Shown: positions 63,080 through 64,000 of the stretch, one piece after another | How the letters are laid out: every line of letters begins with the position of its first letter | How positions within the stretch are numbered: the first letter of the stretch is position 1 | Assembly (NCBI RefSeq): GCF_964194025.1 | Contig: NC_134471.1 | Location: 61,628,001-61,692,000 of the forward strand | Direction: 5' to 3' | From: Convolutriloba macropyga | Taxonomy: Eukaryota | DNA length: 64,000 bases | Position numbers and translations under genes: made by a program | The notes under the pieces: model-generated | Seen by the model: only the letters and a program-made list of their open reading frames with translations | Told to the model about the DNA's origin: nothing | Databases searched by the model: none

Positions 63080-64000
63080 TACATCTTGGAAAGAACTTGA
63101 CAGATCATGGCATGAATTTATAAGAATTTGAGGTTATCAAGATTCAAGATCTTGCATGTACTGGCAAGGGGTATCAAGTTCTGTTTCGCTGGCGGGAGTT
63201 ATTGACTTCAGTTTCTATTAACTAAAAGTGGAGAAAGCCAATCCTAGCAAGCTATTAATTGGGTTAATTATACATGTCATTTTGATAATGATATAATAGT
63301 TTTATTATCGCAAAATTTAACTAACATATTTGACAATTTCACCTTTGATCAGTTTTGGGAAATTTGCGATGACGCCAGACGTTATTCAATATTTTTAATC
63401 GCCATGTTTGTTTTAAACGTTATTAAGTTCGAATTTTTGTTTCTCTGAAAATTGCTTGTAACCCTGAGTGCCTGTAAAAAATAGTTTTCCTTTTGGAGCA
63501 GGAAGTACAAATAAATGTAACAAGTAAATATTTATGGCACTTGATGGGACTGACGAGGAGGCTATTTACACTACCGTTTCAGTCTGCAATCTTCGCTTTG
63601 ATATTCGATCCAAGTAGTTGCAATCCCGAGAGTGATTTTTGCAGAGCTCAGCATTCTAAATGATTTGAAAAAGTCTGCACTGTGGTTGATGTTATTACTA
63701 TTTATTATATTCAAAAGTTAAGGCTGTTAAATCCTATTGATTTTGCACAGTCGGAGTTTTAACAGTTTAGTCAGTTCTTTGTCTGTCTATTTTGAATTTT
63801 CTCCTCTGAGCGTAATAAACAGTATACTCAAAATGCAAAACACGCACAATGCGAACCTTTTCAGTGTTTAGGATATTTTAAGGCATTTAAATTTCATATT
63901 TGATTGGTTTGGATACCATGCAAGAAAAAGTTTGATTGAATAATGAGTGTATTGATGGTTTCTCGTTTGTTCTATCTCAACATCACGTCTTAGTAATTAA

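Noticed and set aside
1-64000. CRISPR arrays, prokaryotic operons, rRNA
   Set aside because: No repeat-spacer arrays or rRNA-like sequence seen; genes have spliceosomal introns.

Overview
Eukaryotic (most likely invertebrate animal), AT-rich, repeat-dense genomic DNA with spliceosomal introns and one assembly gap (33531-33682). Four host genes, all on the + strand: a two-exon mitochondrial inner-membrane peptidase IMMP1L (10-kb intron); a single-exon PEX12 only 480 bp downstream of it; a spliced, catalytically degenerate DEAD-box-fold gene resembling the TDRD12/Yb helicase module; and a four-exon RABL3 whose terminal exon is tandemly duplicated. A decayed full-length BEL/Pao LTR retrotransposon (213-bp LTRs, GTGAC target-site duplication) lies at 24400-31032, preceded by a duplicate of its own 5' end. 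Most remaining DNA is three families of non-autonomous Helentron/DINE-like elements (subterminal inverted repeat plus 3' stem-loop), two long fold-back elements and five 1.1-1.7 kb tandem duplications. Most notable: IMMP1L has Cys at the catalytic Ser position; PEX12 has a complete C3HC4 RING rather than the usual degenerate one; the TDRD12-like gene stops right after the helicase fold; IMMP1L and PEX12 share an acceptor-ATG arrangement suggestive of an operon or trans-splicing; and some duplication junctions carry templated insertions. Homology calls come from motifs recalled from memory; no searches were run.
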